Shown in pieces: positions 24,171-38,083 of a DNA stretch of 64,000 nucleotides (position 1 is its first letter; each line of letters starts with the position of its first letter). The translations under genes were made by a program, and so were the position numbers. This stretch comes from Octopus bimaculoides (taxonomy: Eukaryota): the NCBI RefSeq assembly GCF_001194135.2, contig NC_068994.1:50519697-50583696 (forward strand), written 5' to 3'. The notes below the pieces were generated by a model. It had not been told where the DNA came from. It did not search any database and saw only the letters and a program-made list of their open reading frames with translations.

Positions 24171-25559
24171 TTAAAACAGTAAATTTGTGTCATGGAACCA
24201 AGGGTAGTCTCGGGCAGGTTTGAATCAAAAGAGTTATTTCAGATCATATTCAGATGCATTTTATTGTGATACATTTGGGGGCACATTTAGCAGTAAGCAT
24301 CTCTTTNNNNNNNNNNNNNNNNNNNNNNNNNNNNNNNNNNNNNNNNNNNNNNNNNNNNNNNNNNNNNNNNNNNNNNNNNNNNNNNNNNNNNNNNNNNNNN
24401 NNNNNNATATATATCCTTGTCAGAGTTGCTTGGCAAAAGAAAACACTTAAGACTAACAAAGTCCAACCAGTTGTAAAATAATAAGTACTATACTAAGCTT
24501 GAATAAACTGCTGTAAACTGTGAAGATGTGTGGCACCAAGTAAGTGCCAAAAAAAAAAAAAAAATACAAATATTCTTTTAGCTTGCAGAACTAAGCTCTT
24601 TGCCCTTCCAGTCTGCTAACTAGAAAGTTGAAATTCACTTGATAGAGCAATTCATGCAAGTGTATGGATTAACAAAACCATCCAACACCCACAGAAGTAT
24701 GAAGAAATAGCAGACTAGGGAGAGAGATAGAGAGGCATGTGATGGGTGCACAGACTTCAAAATATTTTGCACAGATAAAATTAACTGAAAGGAAAGAAAA
24801 ATTCAAGACCAACTTCTACAAAACAGGCGTCTTGTTAGGTTTTTTTTTTATTACCTTTTTTTTGTTTTTGTTTTTACAAACATTTAATATCCTAGCTCGC
24901 CAAATCTAACCACCATAAAAATAGTGATATTCGTTCCAAATGGACACACCACACACCTCATTTAAATATTACTTTTGCCAATAAGGAAACACACACCAAG
25001 CTGCACGCAAAACAGTTTCACTGAAGTATGTGTAGTGGCTGTTATTTTGTACTGTTGACGGACACCAGCCAGTAAGCTTACAATGAAGGGTCTTTTTCAA
25101 AGTGTCTATTCATAGAAGCAATGCAAGTCCAGTATATGGTGGTATGCCAATACAGATGCACATTAATATGCGTAAAGTTGCATTTCTTACATGAATATAT
25201 CAATACATGTAACACCACTAATGCTTAGCAGTATTTTGTGTGTTTATGTTCTGAGTTCAAATTCTGCCATGGTCAATTTTGTTTTCACCTTTCTGGGGCC
25301 AATAAAATAAGTACCAGTCAAGCACTAGAGTCAATGTTATCAACTAGCCCCCATTCTCCAAAAACTTCAGGGCTTGTGCCTTTAGTAGAAAGGATTATTA
25401 TTATTATTATTATTCAGTGGCCATACTAAAAAGGATTATTGTTGTTGTTGGTGGTATTATCATTATTCTTGTTGTTGTTGAAAGGTGGGTGAATGTTGGA
25501 AGAATGGCCAGTGTGAAAGGACCAATTCTGAGCACGCACCTATAAAAAAAGGGAATTAA

Positions 25560-25800
25560 AGGAGAGAGGCTCTTGCCCAGTTGATCAGGCACCTGTGACT
25601 TTTCTGGGTTTTACTAGTAGGACCTCAGCACCTTCCCTACAAGGAGTTTTAATTCGTTTAATTTTTAATTGTTATTTATATTGTTTACACGCGGACAACC
25701 CATTGTATCATCCCGCTTTTGTCTTTTATGTTATTGCATGTCCTTTAATGTTATTTTATGTGAGCCCTTGTGGCTAATTAAAGAAAGAATTATTATTATT
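25560..25800 (+). mobile_element. Probable 3' end of a non-LTR retrotransposon
   Basis: Ends TGTGAGCCCTTGTGGCTAATTAAAGAAAGAA followed by an (ATT)n tail. Family assignment is from recollection only. Confidence 0.45.
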
Positions 25801-25969
25801 ATATACATGCTAAAGGATTAAATATAGCATTTTCTTTTTTACGGTTTCATCATCTACATGAAGCTAGCTACTGACATATGCAACCAAGTATTATTTTTAT
25901 TATTATGAATGCAATAGGATTCAATATGTATAACACTATTACAGGCTTTCTTATAAGCAGCTGACTACA

Positions 25970-26168
25970 ATCATCATCATCATCATCATCATCGTTTAAC
26001 GTCCGCTTTCCATGCTAGCATGGGTTGGACGATTTGACTGAGGACTGGTGAAACCGGATGGCAACACCAGGCTCCAGTCTGATTTGGCAGAGTTTCTACA
26101 GCTGGATGCCCTTCCTAACGCCAACCACTCAGAGAGTGTAGTGGGTGCTTTTACGTGTCACCCGCACG
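25970..26168 (-). mobile_element. SINE / LINE-tail family C with (GAT)n tail
   Basis: (CAT)n then CGTTTAACGTCCGCTTTCCATGCTAGCATGGGTTGGACG...GCTGGATGCCCTTCCTAACGCCAACC. A close copy lies at 46070-46244. Confidence 0.85.
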
Positions 26169-26802
26169 ATCATAAATTTTCACAGAACTGTAGTGATACA
26201 AAAAAAAAAAAAAATCTTCAATCTCAGTAATGTCAACATGTAACTTTACTCACCAACAATGGGAACTTGTCAGCGGTATAAAATATATCTTAGCAAATAC
26301 TCGTCATTTCAAAAAGAGCCGTGTAAGAGACTAAACTAACAATGAAGTGTGTGGATGGGGATGGGGGTGGAGGCGGTTGAGTGTCCATTTGTTCATTCTT
26401 TCATGCCAAATTTAATCTCTCTGGCAGATCTGTCAAATTGGAAGTAGAGCAAAAAGAGAAGAAAAAAAAGTTTACTCAGGTGGTGAAGAAAGAAAGCTGG
26501 TTCCACCTTCAAAAATACTTTTGTAAATAATCTGAACTATATATATATATATATATATTAGAGAGACAGGGAGAGAGAGCTAGCCAATCTAATTTGATGA
26601 ATAAATAATACTGCAAAGTGCTAATTACAGAGTTAATATTTAGTTAGAGCTGTAACATCAGTCAGCATCAGTGGTCCTTAAATTAACCTGGGCAGAGTAG
26701 CAAGCCCCTTGAGATGTTGTAAGCTACAAAGGATGAAAAGGAGGCCACTAGTGGGATGCTGAATGTTTAAAAGGATTGTAAATTTTGTTCAAAGTAATAA
26801 AC

Positions 26803-27028
26803 TTGACCCTTTAGCAGTTACACTATTCTCTCAAAAGTAACGTTTATTTATTCACATAGTTTTGAACTAATCATGCATTATCTTGTAGCTTAGAGATTTT
26901 GATGAGGTAACTTAATTTTTAGGATGATATCGTAGAGCTGGTGTGAGAGGGCAGATCTGGCCAATTTGTACATAAAACGGGTAGAATATTTTGAGCAGAT
27001 ATGGCCAGTTTAAATGCTGAAGAGTTAA
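26803..27028. mobile_element. piggyBac-like MITE (second family)
   Basis: TTGACCCTTTAGCAG ... AAATGCTGAAGAGTTAA. Related copies at 28018-28213, ~43500-43710 and ~59125-59352. Confidence 0.7.
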
Positions 27029-28017
27029 ACTAGGTATGATACTTTATTTTAAACACATTTTTACAGAAATCTTGGGCTAGATTAGTATAAGAGCAAAACA
27101 TTATGTTAACAGTGAGCAGAAACATGAAATGATGTGTTAAGATCCAATACGATGAAATTATAAAAGTCTTCATCATCTTTAGCAATTTCCATAAAAATTT
27201 TAATATGGGGGGGGGGGGTACTAGTCCATTTAAATATCTAAAAAGAGGTACATACTGAATGGGATGGTACAATATAATAATAATGAATAAAGCTACAGTG
27301 CAAAACTGTCTTCTATTTCATTAAGAACAATATAGAGAGGGAGCACTGAACACCAAGAGGTTTGAGAATCAGAGGCCTACATGGTAACTATGTAACAACA
27401 GAGATGAAATGAGTTAAACAACCAATGACCACATAAAAAAAACACGTGAAATTAAATATTTTTTACGCTGCAGACAGAACTCGCCACACACACGTAAACA
27501 CACACAAATTAGTAAGCTACCAGATCTATTAGATTCATTAAAAAAAAAAAAAAAAAAAAAACTCTTCACTTCCTCTTCCAATGAAGTCAATACAAATGAT
27601 AACCACCTGATGACAACTTCTACAAAAGGTGTCATCTATATAGATAAACATCATTTAAATAGAATAAAAAGAAAGGTCACAGTTGGCAAATTCAACTGAG
27701 CCAACAATAGAACTGTCAACAGGTAGTATTTCTTTATCAGTAATGTAATATTAGCCCACCCCAATACTCTTAATTCATAAATGACTGAGCGCAACTAAAT
27801 GCAAATCCATATCATGTGTTGGTAAAATTTAATACTTAAAGTAACAGAACAATAACATTGCTACTGAGCCCCTTATTTGCTCAAATCCTTCATTAGAAAC
27901 AGCTTGCAAAAAGATGCACTTCATTTGGTTGGTTCATCTTACACTAACTACATACAAGACAGTCTTCTCTGGCAGCGTTTCAATGATACGTATGGGAGAC
28001 AATGATGCATGTGGGAG

Positions 28018-28213
28018 TTAACTCTTCAGCTTTTAAACTGACCATATCTGGCCCGAATAGTCTGTCTGCCTGTTTTAACTGTTCAAACTTAGCCATATCC
28101 TGCATCTCATACCTATCCAGCAATGTCATTCTAAAAACAAACCTGCGAAATCTCTAAGCTACAAGGCAATAAATGATTCATTTTTAAAAGTAATTTGAAT
28201 GTTTAAGGGTCAA
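28018..28213. mobile_element. piggyBac-like MITE (second family), inverted relative to 26803
   Basis: TTAACTCTTCAGCTTTTAAACTGACCATATCTGG ... TAAGGGTCAA. Confidence 0.7.
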
Positions 28214-30267
28214 TACAGGCCAACAAAAGATTTCCTGCATAGCTACTTAACCACCAACCAAATCTTTTTCACAGCATACTCTTCTGCCTGAGCAAACAGC
28301 ATACTGGATACTGTTGCATAAAACCAGAACAACTTTTACCATAGGTCTGTTGGATTTTGGATTAAACACCACCATGCAGTGGTAACTATTTAACAAAGAT
28401 TACAAAAATGACAAAAAGAACTGCTAACAAATACTCTCTCAATATACATACAAAATATATATATATATAATAAAAGTTTGCTGTAAAATTTTATGAAGGG
28501 ACAGATATTGGTGGGATGGTAGGGGGCGAGCCAAAACAAAACTTGATTTCTTTGTTCTCCAGGTTTTCCACATTTTTCCCATAGTCAACCCTTATGAGGT
28601 AGAGCAACCAGTTGAATACATATTTTATGGCTTTTAAATATTAGACGAATCTTCTTCACCGTAAAGCTCTCGGCTGTATTTTTATTGAGTTTGCATTTAT
28701 TTATTTTTTTGGTCTTTAGAAATGAACGAATAATGAAGCCTTTACACAATTTCTAGACCAGCTAGATATAACAGTCCAATCTCCTATATATACCTTCTCA
28801 AAGAAAGTTACATTAAATAATTGTAGTCATAGACGAACTATGCTTGAAAGAGAAAAAAAAAGACAAGATGGCTACAACCAATAACAACTGTTAAAAGTGG
28901 TTGCCAACTTGTAGGTCATAATACAAATCTGAAAGTGTCATGAAGATAAAATCTTTCACTTTTGATATACTTCATTAATGGCTGTTCCATCCTGAACCTG
29001 CTTCAGGGATCTGAGATATACATCCTTTGTGCTCCCACCGCAACAATTAACAGACTTATTGCTAACTGTATCAACCTCAGGTAGAGACTCCAATATATTT
29101 TTGGGCCGGGCCCTTTCTGACTAAGATCTAAATGCACCTCTTGTTAATCTGCACGTCAGACAATACTATATAGTTGTTCATTTGAATCCTTTTCATATTG
29201 CAGTTTCTTTGTGGCGTTATTTGCACCAGGTGCCAAGCATGCATTGTACTTGATCTACAAGTATATATTTTATAAACTGGGTAGTGTCTGAGAAAAAATC
29301 ATAGAATAAGCCATGAGATGTGAAGGCTTTAACAAACTATCTATTTCTAACAAAACATAGAGAATATTTTTTTTTTAATGTGTTTAGAATTTTAACGGTG
29401 CCCAGTTGGAATAATTTTTTTTAAATATTGCAGAGGATTATTGATTTCTTAAAATAGGTTGCTTTGTTAGAGTGGTTAATCTGAAAAACGTGAATATGGG
29501 ATTATTGTGGTAGGATCAAAGATCGCTAAACAACAGCATGCTGCTCCCTAAAAAAAAATATATAAGATAATTATCTGCTATAAAAATACAACCGTTTGAT
29601 GTTTATATTATAAACAGTAACTATCAACAAATTATCTATCACTGTTATCAGTCTCCTACCCATAAGATAACTTGCCATGGTTACTGATTGATTTTAAATG
29701 TGTTTGTGTTAAGGAAGGGGGGGAACGCTGGGCAGATAGAACAAAAGAAACAGCCTTGTCAACAGCTGGAGATTGGTCTTGCTTTTTCTACTATTTTATT
29801 TATTCATTTCTGAATGTTTCACCTTGGAACAAACAAACCAATAGAAATTGTAGCTATCATACTAGAAAATAGAAGAAACCAATTATATTTTCTGTCAAAT
29901 CGTTCACAAATGATAATAAACAAATAAGCCTACTTATTTGATAAACCAAATTTTAGACAGACCTCAATACTCCAACAAGTAAACCTTATATAATCCATCA
30001 TGCAAATTGATTCCATAAACCATTTTGATTTATTAGATAGTAATTATTAAATTTGTAATAGTGGTGGTGGTGGTAAGAGCAAGAGACTGTGAGGGAGTTC
30101 ATACTTATTCTTGTCCAAGGATATTAGCAACAAAAGGAAAGCTTAAAGACTGCAACTAGAGACCAAGTCCAAGTAGTGGAAACAGCTAGCTAAGAGCTCA
30201 CCACTTTCTGTTTTATGGTTCATCAGACCCTTTACAGATTTTATTCCAAAACGTGTCTTATTTCTAA

Positions 30268-30651
30268 ACTTGTTTCAGTCATTTAGACTGTGGCCATGTT
30301 GGGGCACTACCTTGAAGAATTTTAATTAAATGAACTGGCCCCAGTACTTATAATTTTTTTTTTTTTTTTTTTAAACTGGGTACTTATACTGTTATTCTTT
30401 TGTCAAAGTGCTAAGTTACAGGGATGTAAACACACCAAAACCAGTTGTCAAGCAGTGAAGGGGATGAACACAGACATGCACGTGTGTATACACACACAAA
30501 CAGGCTTCTTTCAGTCTATCTACAGAATCCATTCACAAGACTTTGGTTGGACCAAGGCAACAGTAGAATACCCTTACTCAAGGTGCTGCACAGTAGGACT
30601 GAATCCAAGCCCATGTGGTTAGGAAGCAAACATCTTACTACTCAGCCACAC
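30268..30651 (-). mobile_element. SINE family A, near full length, diverged
   Basis: ACTTGTTTCAGTCATT tail through CCATGTGGTTAGGAAGCAAACATCTTAC...CAGCCACA head, in reverse complement. Confidence 0.8.
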
Positions 30652-31778
30652 TTTTCCCTTGACTATAAAAGTGTGATTAACCCTTTTTTTTTTCCTTCAT
30701 ATTTTCTTGAAATCTTTGTAACGAATGGCATCAATAAACATAAGCAAGATTATTTGCTCTTAATTATGTTACATAAACTGGTGTTCAAGTCGTGCCAGGA
30801 TCAAATGGGTGTATGAAACAAGAATATATCACATGCAAATGAATACAAAGAAATCCTATTGTAAGGATATTTTTTAAATTTCTTTCTTTATTTCTTGCCT
30901 CTATGACAAAACAATATCAACTTGGTGGTTTTCCTGAGGATAAAACTTAAGACTTGAACTCTTAACTTCTGAGGTCAGAAAATAGAAACACCAACTACTT
31001 AATTTTACATGTTCAAAGGAAGTGAGCAGGAGTGATAATAAATGTTTACTGTTATTTACTGAGTGTTGTTGTTGTTGTTGTTAAGTGGTGGAAACAGTAG
31101 TGTTCCACTAAGTATATGCCTTGTGGTACCACACTGCAACTTTTAAAGTATTTTTAAGTACAAATTCTGGTAAGTTTAACTTTGCTTTCTCAACCTTCTG
31201 AGTTTGGTTTAAGAGAGAAAAAAAAAAAAAAAACTCAATAGTATTAGCACCAAGCAGTGATTAGACATAAACGAACTTTGGGCTAGTTAAAAAAATGTTT
31301 CTGACATATTTTAGCTTCTAAAAAGCAAATTCACTGCAAATTCCTGAAGAAAAATTTCTTTTATATGATAAAAGGTGTAAAAAAACAGCATCATTTAGAT
31401 TTGTGCATCTTTTTTTTGTTGAGTTTATTGATTTTTTTGTTCTATCTATCACACCNNNNNNNNNNNNNNNNNNNNNNNNNNNNNNNNNNNNNNNNNNNNN
31501 NNNNNNNNNNNNNNNNNNNNNNNNNNNNNNNNNNNNNNNNNNNNNNNNNNNNNNNAACAAGTTGCTTAGCTACTATTTCTAGCAAGTTAAGGGATCATGC
31601 ATGAAGCTTCTGCATCGGTCCTTTACACAATTCCACTCCCTGTCTGTTGTCAATAGTTGTCTTATTTTACCTTATAAAACCCAATAGTAAGATTAAGTGC
31701 CTAATGTCATGTGCCAATGACTCACTGGGTTTTAATCTATATCACTTATTGTGTGTATGTATGAAAGAGAAAGAAAAT

Positions 31779-31845
<67 letters not shown>

Positions 31846-33033
31846 CAGCATTTTTATTTTTCAAACTTTCAAGCTAAAATATGATGACTTCTACACCTAG
31901 ATTCTGCCTCATGTAGCCTCTTTGGATTTTTAATTCCGCTACATGAACAAGTCTCTTATCATCATCTAGTGTGTATCCTCCCATCCATCCTAAGATATGT
32001 ACAAAGTACCAAACTGGATTTGCACTACAGATTGTAATTCCTAAACAAAACATAATACTACTATTCCCTGCGCTACTGAAAAAAGATTCCGGTTTCAAAT
32101 CCAGTCAGGTATTGCATATAGAACCCAGAATAAAACAACTCAAGGCAATCAAAGATCGAAACTAATTGAAACAGACTGTAGACATATATTTATATGAGAA
32201 ATCTATGACCAAAGCATGATTTTCTGTGCAAAGCCGTAGGGGTACTGATTTCAGGTTATACCTTGCAAGCTGCTGTCCCTAAAGTATTCTTAGATCCTTT
32301 GTTCAATTGGCTTAGTATAATCAGCCACACACTAGAAGGTATATATATTATCATGGTCACAAGTAAATACCTGGAACCACTCTGAAAAGTGGTTGGTGAT
32401 AGGAAAGGTATCCATCTGTAGAAACAATAACAAACTGAAACTTACAAATGCCAGACTATGAAGGTAGTGGCTCTCCATAAAGATTGAGTTATACTATAAT
32501 GACTGATCTAACCCACCTCGGTATGGAAAGTGAATGTAAAAATTATGCTAACGATGAAAATGATGATGATACGGTGTTTGCTTTATATCCACTTTCCATG
32601 CTGGCATGGGTTGGATGAAGACTTGTTGAGACAGCATTTTAAGCCTGGATGCTCTTCCAGTCACCAGCCCTTACCTATTTTTCAGCTACAGAACTATTGA
32701 ATACAATGCTTACAGGGAATGTAAACAAGATATCTCTGCTTTCTTTGTGTAATCTAATATAAGCTTGTAAAATGTAAACATTTGCATGCACACACACAAT
32801 CATCATTTAGTGTCCTATATTCTATATTTCTATATTTGTACAGGTCAGGTGGAATTTGTTAAGGCAAATTTTCTAGAAAATTACCTTCAATTATCAACCC
32901 TCATTTGCTTGCAAGCAAGGTAAAACACATGACCAGATATATTTTTCAAAGAATACTGGAAACAAACAATATCGCTCATATGATAATGATGATTGTTGGC
33001 AAACATTACATGACAAGTGTATACACATACATA

Positions 33034-33178
33034 GTGGGCTTCATTCAGTCTCCACCTACCAAAGCTACTCACAAGATCCAGGGTCAACCCAGGGTTATAG
33101 AAGACACTTACCCAAGGTGCTGTGTAGTAGAACCAAACCCAAAATCACATGGATTGTGCCAGTTTCTAGACACAACCA
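33034..33178 (-). mobile_element. SINE family A, partial
   Basis: TATAGAAGACACTTACCCAAGGTGC core in reverse complement. Confidence 0.7.
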
Positions 33179-34552
33179 TATCATGTAGTCCAGAGATGCA
33201 ACCATTTATCTGATGCTACATTACCCAACATAAGAAATGCAGCTATTATTTCAAGCAGGCTTAGCAATCATATAGGTTCTCATGTTGACCTAACAGACTA
33301 TTTTCCATGCAGATGAGACCCCTGGGATATTGCCATAACATTTTGTTTTGTTTTGTTTTTTTCGGGAGAGGAAGGTGGGGGGTTATACCAGCAAATGCAC
33401 AATCTTTACACATTTTTAATAAATTGCTTTGTTTTTTTGTTTTTTTTCAGTGGAACTCAAAGTAGGTAAAATTATAAATAATAGCAAAGAGAGCAATAGG
33501 TTAAAAAAAAATTCTTCGTTGGAAAAAGGTGAAAGAATTTCGACCATGGGATGCAAACCCACATCTTTTACAAAACGTGACAGATGTGCTACCATTATAT
33601 GCCATTATATATAAGCAACACTTTAAATTCTTGCTATCCATTTTAGAAGCTCTGTTCTTACCAGTGAGAATTGGTTGTTTACAGAATAAGCACTTCAGAA
33701 ATGTCAAGAAATATGAAATAGCATTTTTTAACCCAATATTTTACATGCTGTTTATTTAAAGCTTTATCATCTATGAGTTCCCCACTGAAAAAAAGAAAAG
33801 AAAAGAGATTATTTTTACCATATCTTTCAAACTTTCTAATATTCTTATGATAAATATCTCTCTATTGCCATTTATCTAGTAGATATGTATTTATTTGACT
33901 ATCAAAGCATATCAAGGGCTGCTTTTATTTTAAAAAATCAGACTATTCTTCTCACATCATTTATTACTCCTTTTTCTTTTCTTTTTCCTTATTGTAACAG
34001 GTCTCTTATTGTTTTAAAACACTGTTCCACAATGTTCACCTCACTCTGATACAAATATATAACCTTGACTAAAATTATGCTTGCCACACTGTGGTTTCAC
34101 CATCTTGTGTTGTATGTATTATACATACTTCAACTGCTTTGCTTCTATAATAAAAGAAGCTTATAATACCTGTGCTGTTCATCTAAGTAGCTTCATATTC
34201 TACAACGTGAAGTGAGTTATAAATTGGCACATAAATATCTGGTAAAACTACTGTTTACATGTATATTTATTTTTATTTTGACAGCAAATTACTTGAATTA
34301 AGAGAAATATTGATTTCTTAGAATTAGGCACAACATCAACTTTAGTAGGTGCAGTACGGTCAATTTAAGCATTACTAGTACATTACATGGAAAAAAAAAA
34401 AAGTTACAGAGATAAACTAAATAGATTAGTACTAGTTAAGTGAGTGTTAGTATAGTTACTGAAAAGAACATTAAAAAGTTGCTAACAGGGAAATAATTAT
34501 GGGGTGAAGAATAAACAATATTAGTCAATGACTAATATCAACTTTGTTAAGA

Positions 34553-34770
34553 AGAGTGTGACCTAGTAGAATCATTAGCACATCAGGCAAAATGCTTAGA
34601 GCTATTTCCTCCATCTACGTCCTGAGTTCAAATTCCACTGAGGTCGACTTTGCCTGTCATCCTCTTGGGGTCGATAAAATGATAAAATAAGTACCAGTTG
34701 AGCACTGGGGTTGATGTAATCAACTTCCCCAAACTTACTGGCCTTGTGCCAAAATTTGAAACCAATATTA
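34553..34770 (+). mobile_element. SINE family B
   Basis: GAGTTCAAATTCCACTGAGGTCGACTTTGCC...GGGGTCGATAAAA...AAGTACCAGTTG...GGCCTTGTGCC. Confidence 0.8.
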
Positions 34771-36001
34771 TTTTTGTTAGGTACAGGAGATATCTCTGGA
34801 TATATTCGGTCTTATTTTAGCCTCATCAAGCTTCTGAGGCATGTAGTCTATTGCATTCCAATTATTCTCATCTGATGAAATAATTGTACTTATGAAAAAC
34901 CATTTTGCAAAGTGAATTTCTTCCATTTATTTTCAGAATACAGCACAGAATCATTCACAGTCTTAACAAATTTTTTTTTTTTTTTAATTTTCTAAGTTGG
35001 CAAACAAATGTGTTACATAACAATAAGTGTAAAATAGTAACACTATGATTATTATACAATATAATATAATTCTTATCTATAAACCACAGATTAGCATAGA
35101 AGGGCACTAGCGACCAAAATACTGTACTATTGATGGAGAAGAAAGCCAAACTGATGATATACAGGAAGTGGCTGAAAGATTGGTGTTACCAATGAGAGTG
35201 CACCATTTGAGTAAGTATTTCCAACCAGTGACAAGATGGTATCAAAAAAGGTACAAACTGTGAAGCTCATCAACATATCAACATGTCTAAGAGAGCTAAA
35301 GGTTTGTTTTAGCTGTGTGTGAGAGGGAGAGAGAGATCTCTTCCTTTACTTATCAATAGCATGGACATGGGATCTGCAAAGACTGGCCTGCTCTGGGTAC
35401 ATAACAAAGAAATCATCAGTAAGGGCCCACCCAACAAGGATGGGGCTCTACATGGTCATTCAAGATGTTAGAAATAACAGCAAAATCTCCATCAAATCAC
35501 ACTATCGTCTTAAAACAATACATTGAGTGACATAATCCTAAATACACAATGCTTTTCTCTAAAAACAGATTTGTAGGTCCCCACCACCAACTCATTTGGA
35601 GTGGCAACAATCACAACCTTTGCATTTTTTTTCTCTGCCTCTTAAACTGATGGTTGGTGACTAAAGGTAAGTAATAGGTCAGGTTCCAATATCTAGCATT
35701 CAGTGAAAACTACTTTGACTGAAACGTAAAACTGAAAAATCCATTATGTCATTAGTGTGCAAAATAAAGAGCCGAAGGAAAAGAAAATTGTGATAGACTA
35801 CCAACACCCATTTAAAATCGTTTTCCTTTTTTTTTTTTTTTNNNNNNNNNNNNNNNNNNNNNNNNNNNNNNNNNNNNNNNNNNNNNNNNNNNNNNNNNNN
35901 NNNNNNNNNNNNNNNNNNNNNNNNNNNNNNNNNNNNNNNNNNNNNNNNNNNNNNNNNNNNNNNNNNNNNNNNNNNNNNNNNNNNNNNNNNNNNNNNNNNN
36001 N

Positions 36002-36034
<33 letters not shown>

Positions 36035-37883
36035 GCATAGCTAGGGCAGATGTTTCGAGGTGGTATTTTACAGTGAGCAAGATGCCCGTCCTCTTGCATC
36101 TGTGTTAATATTACAAATTTATGTGTACAGATAGATATATTTAGAAATCTAAACAGCTATGTAATGTCTGCATGGCTTGAACAATAATTACAATATACTG
36201 ATGAATGAAGAAACAAAAAAAAGCAACAAAAAAAAAAAAAAATCTCAACAATTCAGGTTGCCAAGTTCAGCAACAAGGAGAATAAAATTACTTGTAAAAT
36301 TGTGTGTGTGTGTGTGTGTGTAACATTGGGGAATGAGAAACTCTGAGTAGCAACTCAGATTCAGTTTTGATTAATAACCCCACCCTAGTTAACAAGTATC
36401 TTTTTTCTTATTTTTCTGCTTAATTGCAATTCACACCGTGTGTGAAACCACATACATCACACACACACACACATATATATATATTCATACATACACACAC
36501 ATGCATACACAGAAATACATAAATATACATATACACACATACAATAGATCATATGTTACAAGTAGAGAGAGAAGTGAAAAGAGAAGGTCAAAAGAGAGAG
36601 GGATACTGAGATCAAAAACTTCTATGGCAGTTTAGTAAACTTGTCAAGCCATAACAATGTCAAATAACTTGTCTATATAAAAAGGCAATTTGAAAAATAA
36701 TGGGAAGTAAAACAAAAATAAAAATTCCCATTGTTAACAGTGGAGCTTGATTATTATAAAATATTAACCTACTTCTTATCAAGGCCATGTTGAATATTTT
36801 CTGCAGCTCGGTTCAAATGTTATACAAATGCCTAAATGGCAAACCACTGAAAGCACACACACACACACACACACTCGCACGTAAACACACTAATGGGGAT
36901 AGGTTAGTAGTATTCTTTTGAAAATGCTTCAAGCAAGTCTATGATGTGGCAGATGCTTTCGAAGGGAATTTATCACTGCTTGTTCTCATAGTTGGAAATA
37001 CTGAAAGAAAGAACAATAGGGCCCCTACACCCAACAAATGTCTCAGCTACAGGGAATGCATGTGTGGGAGCTTATTGTATAAAAGGAAAGAAGAGAGAGA
37101 ATGTTAAGAATGGTTAAAAAAAAATAAGCGCAAAATTTTTTTTTTTGGTGGTACCAAACCGAAATCTCCAGGGGGATGAAATATAATTCAACAAGGTGAT
37201 TAAAATTCTCAACATTAAAACAAAACAAACAAAAAATGCAACTAAATACTTCAAAGGCATTCTGTCTATCAACAGTACAGAGTATATTATTGGACACCCT
37301 AATAAAAGAAAAGAAAATTAACTCATTGGTCAGATCACATTCGCACCCATAGGCTTTATCAGTTAGGTCAACCTAACAATTGTTAAGAACGACTTTTAAC
37401 TCTAACTACTTGGACAAAATTTTAAAATTCAAAGAGGAGGCATAATCAATTACAAATAAAATTAAACCCTGCTGATGATGTTTTTGCTATTGGGAAGGTC
37501 TAGTCAACACCCATATTTTGTGCTTATTCCAAAGCAGCTTGATGAACAAAGGAACATAGAGTTATAAAGTGTACTACTGCCTGGGTTTGAGCTCAAGACC
37601 ATGTGAGCAGATAAACCAGGAAATACACACACATCTATATATATTCAGCCAACCAGCAATTCCTACCCATAGCCGTTCTTATCATTACAGTAAAACAAGG
37701 AATTCAAATTAATATTCATGTGCAGAAATAGATGGCCTTTAGTCCATTAATGAGAAAGAGAATTACAATTTAAGCTTTGAATTAACAGTGCTGCTGCCGC
37801 TACTACTACTACAGTGATTCTCTAAGCAGAACAGTTTCATTGATATTTCAATGGTAATAAAAACAACAGACATGATAGTTTAA

Positions 37884-38083
37884 CCCTTTTGATACCAACT
37901 TGTCTGACATTGCCCCTGGTTCTATGACATAAACTTAAAATGATTTAAAAATCTTAGATGGAAATTTTATGTTAATTATGTGTTCTACTCACCAGCTTAA
38001 TGAAGATTTAGTTATTTTACTAAATTCTTTTTAACTTCAAAAAATTAATGAAAACCAACGCAGTGTATTGCAACAGAAAAGGG
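37884..38083. mobile_element. piggyBac-like MITE (first family)
   Basis: TTAA|CCCTTTTGATACC ... AGAAAAGGG|TTAA. Internally similar to 13979 and to ~60210-60385. Confidence 0.7.
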
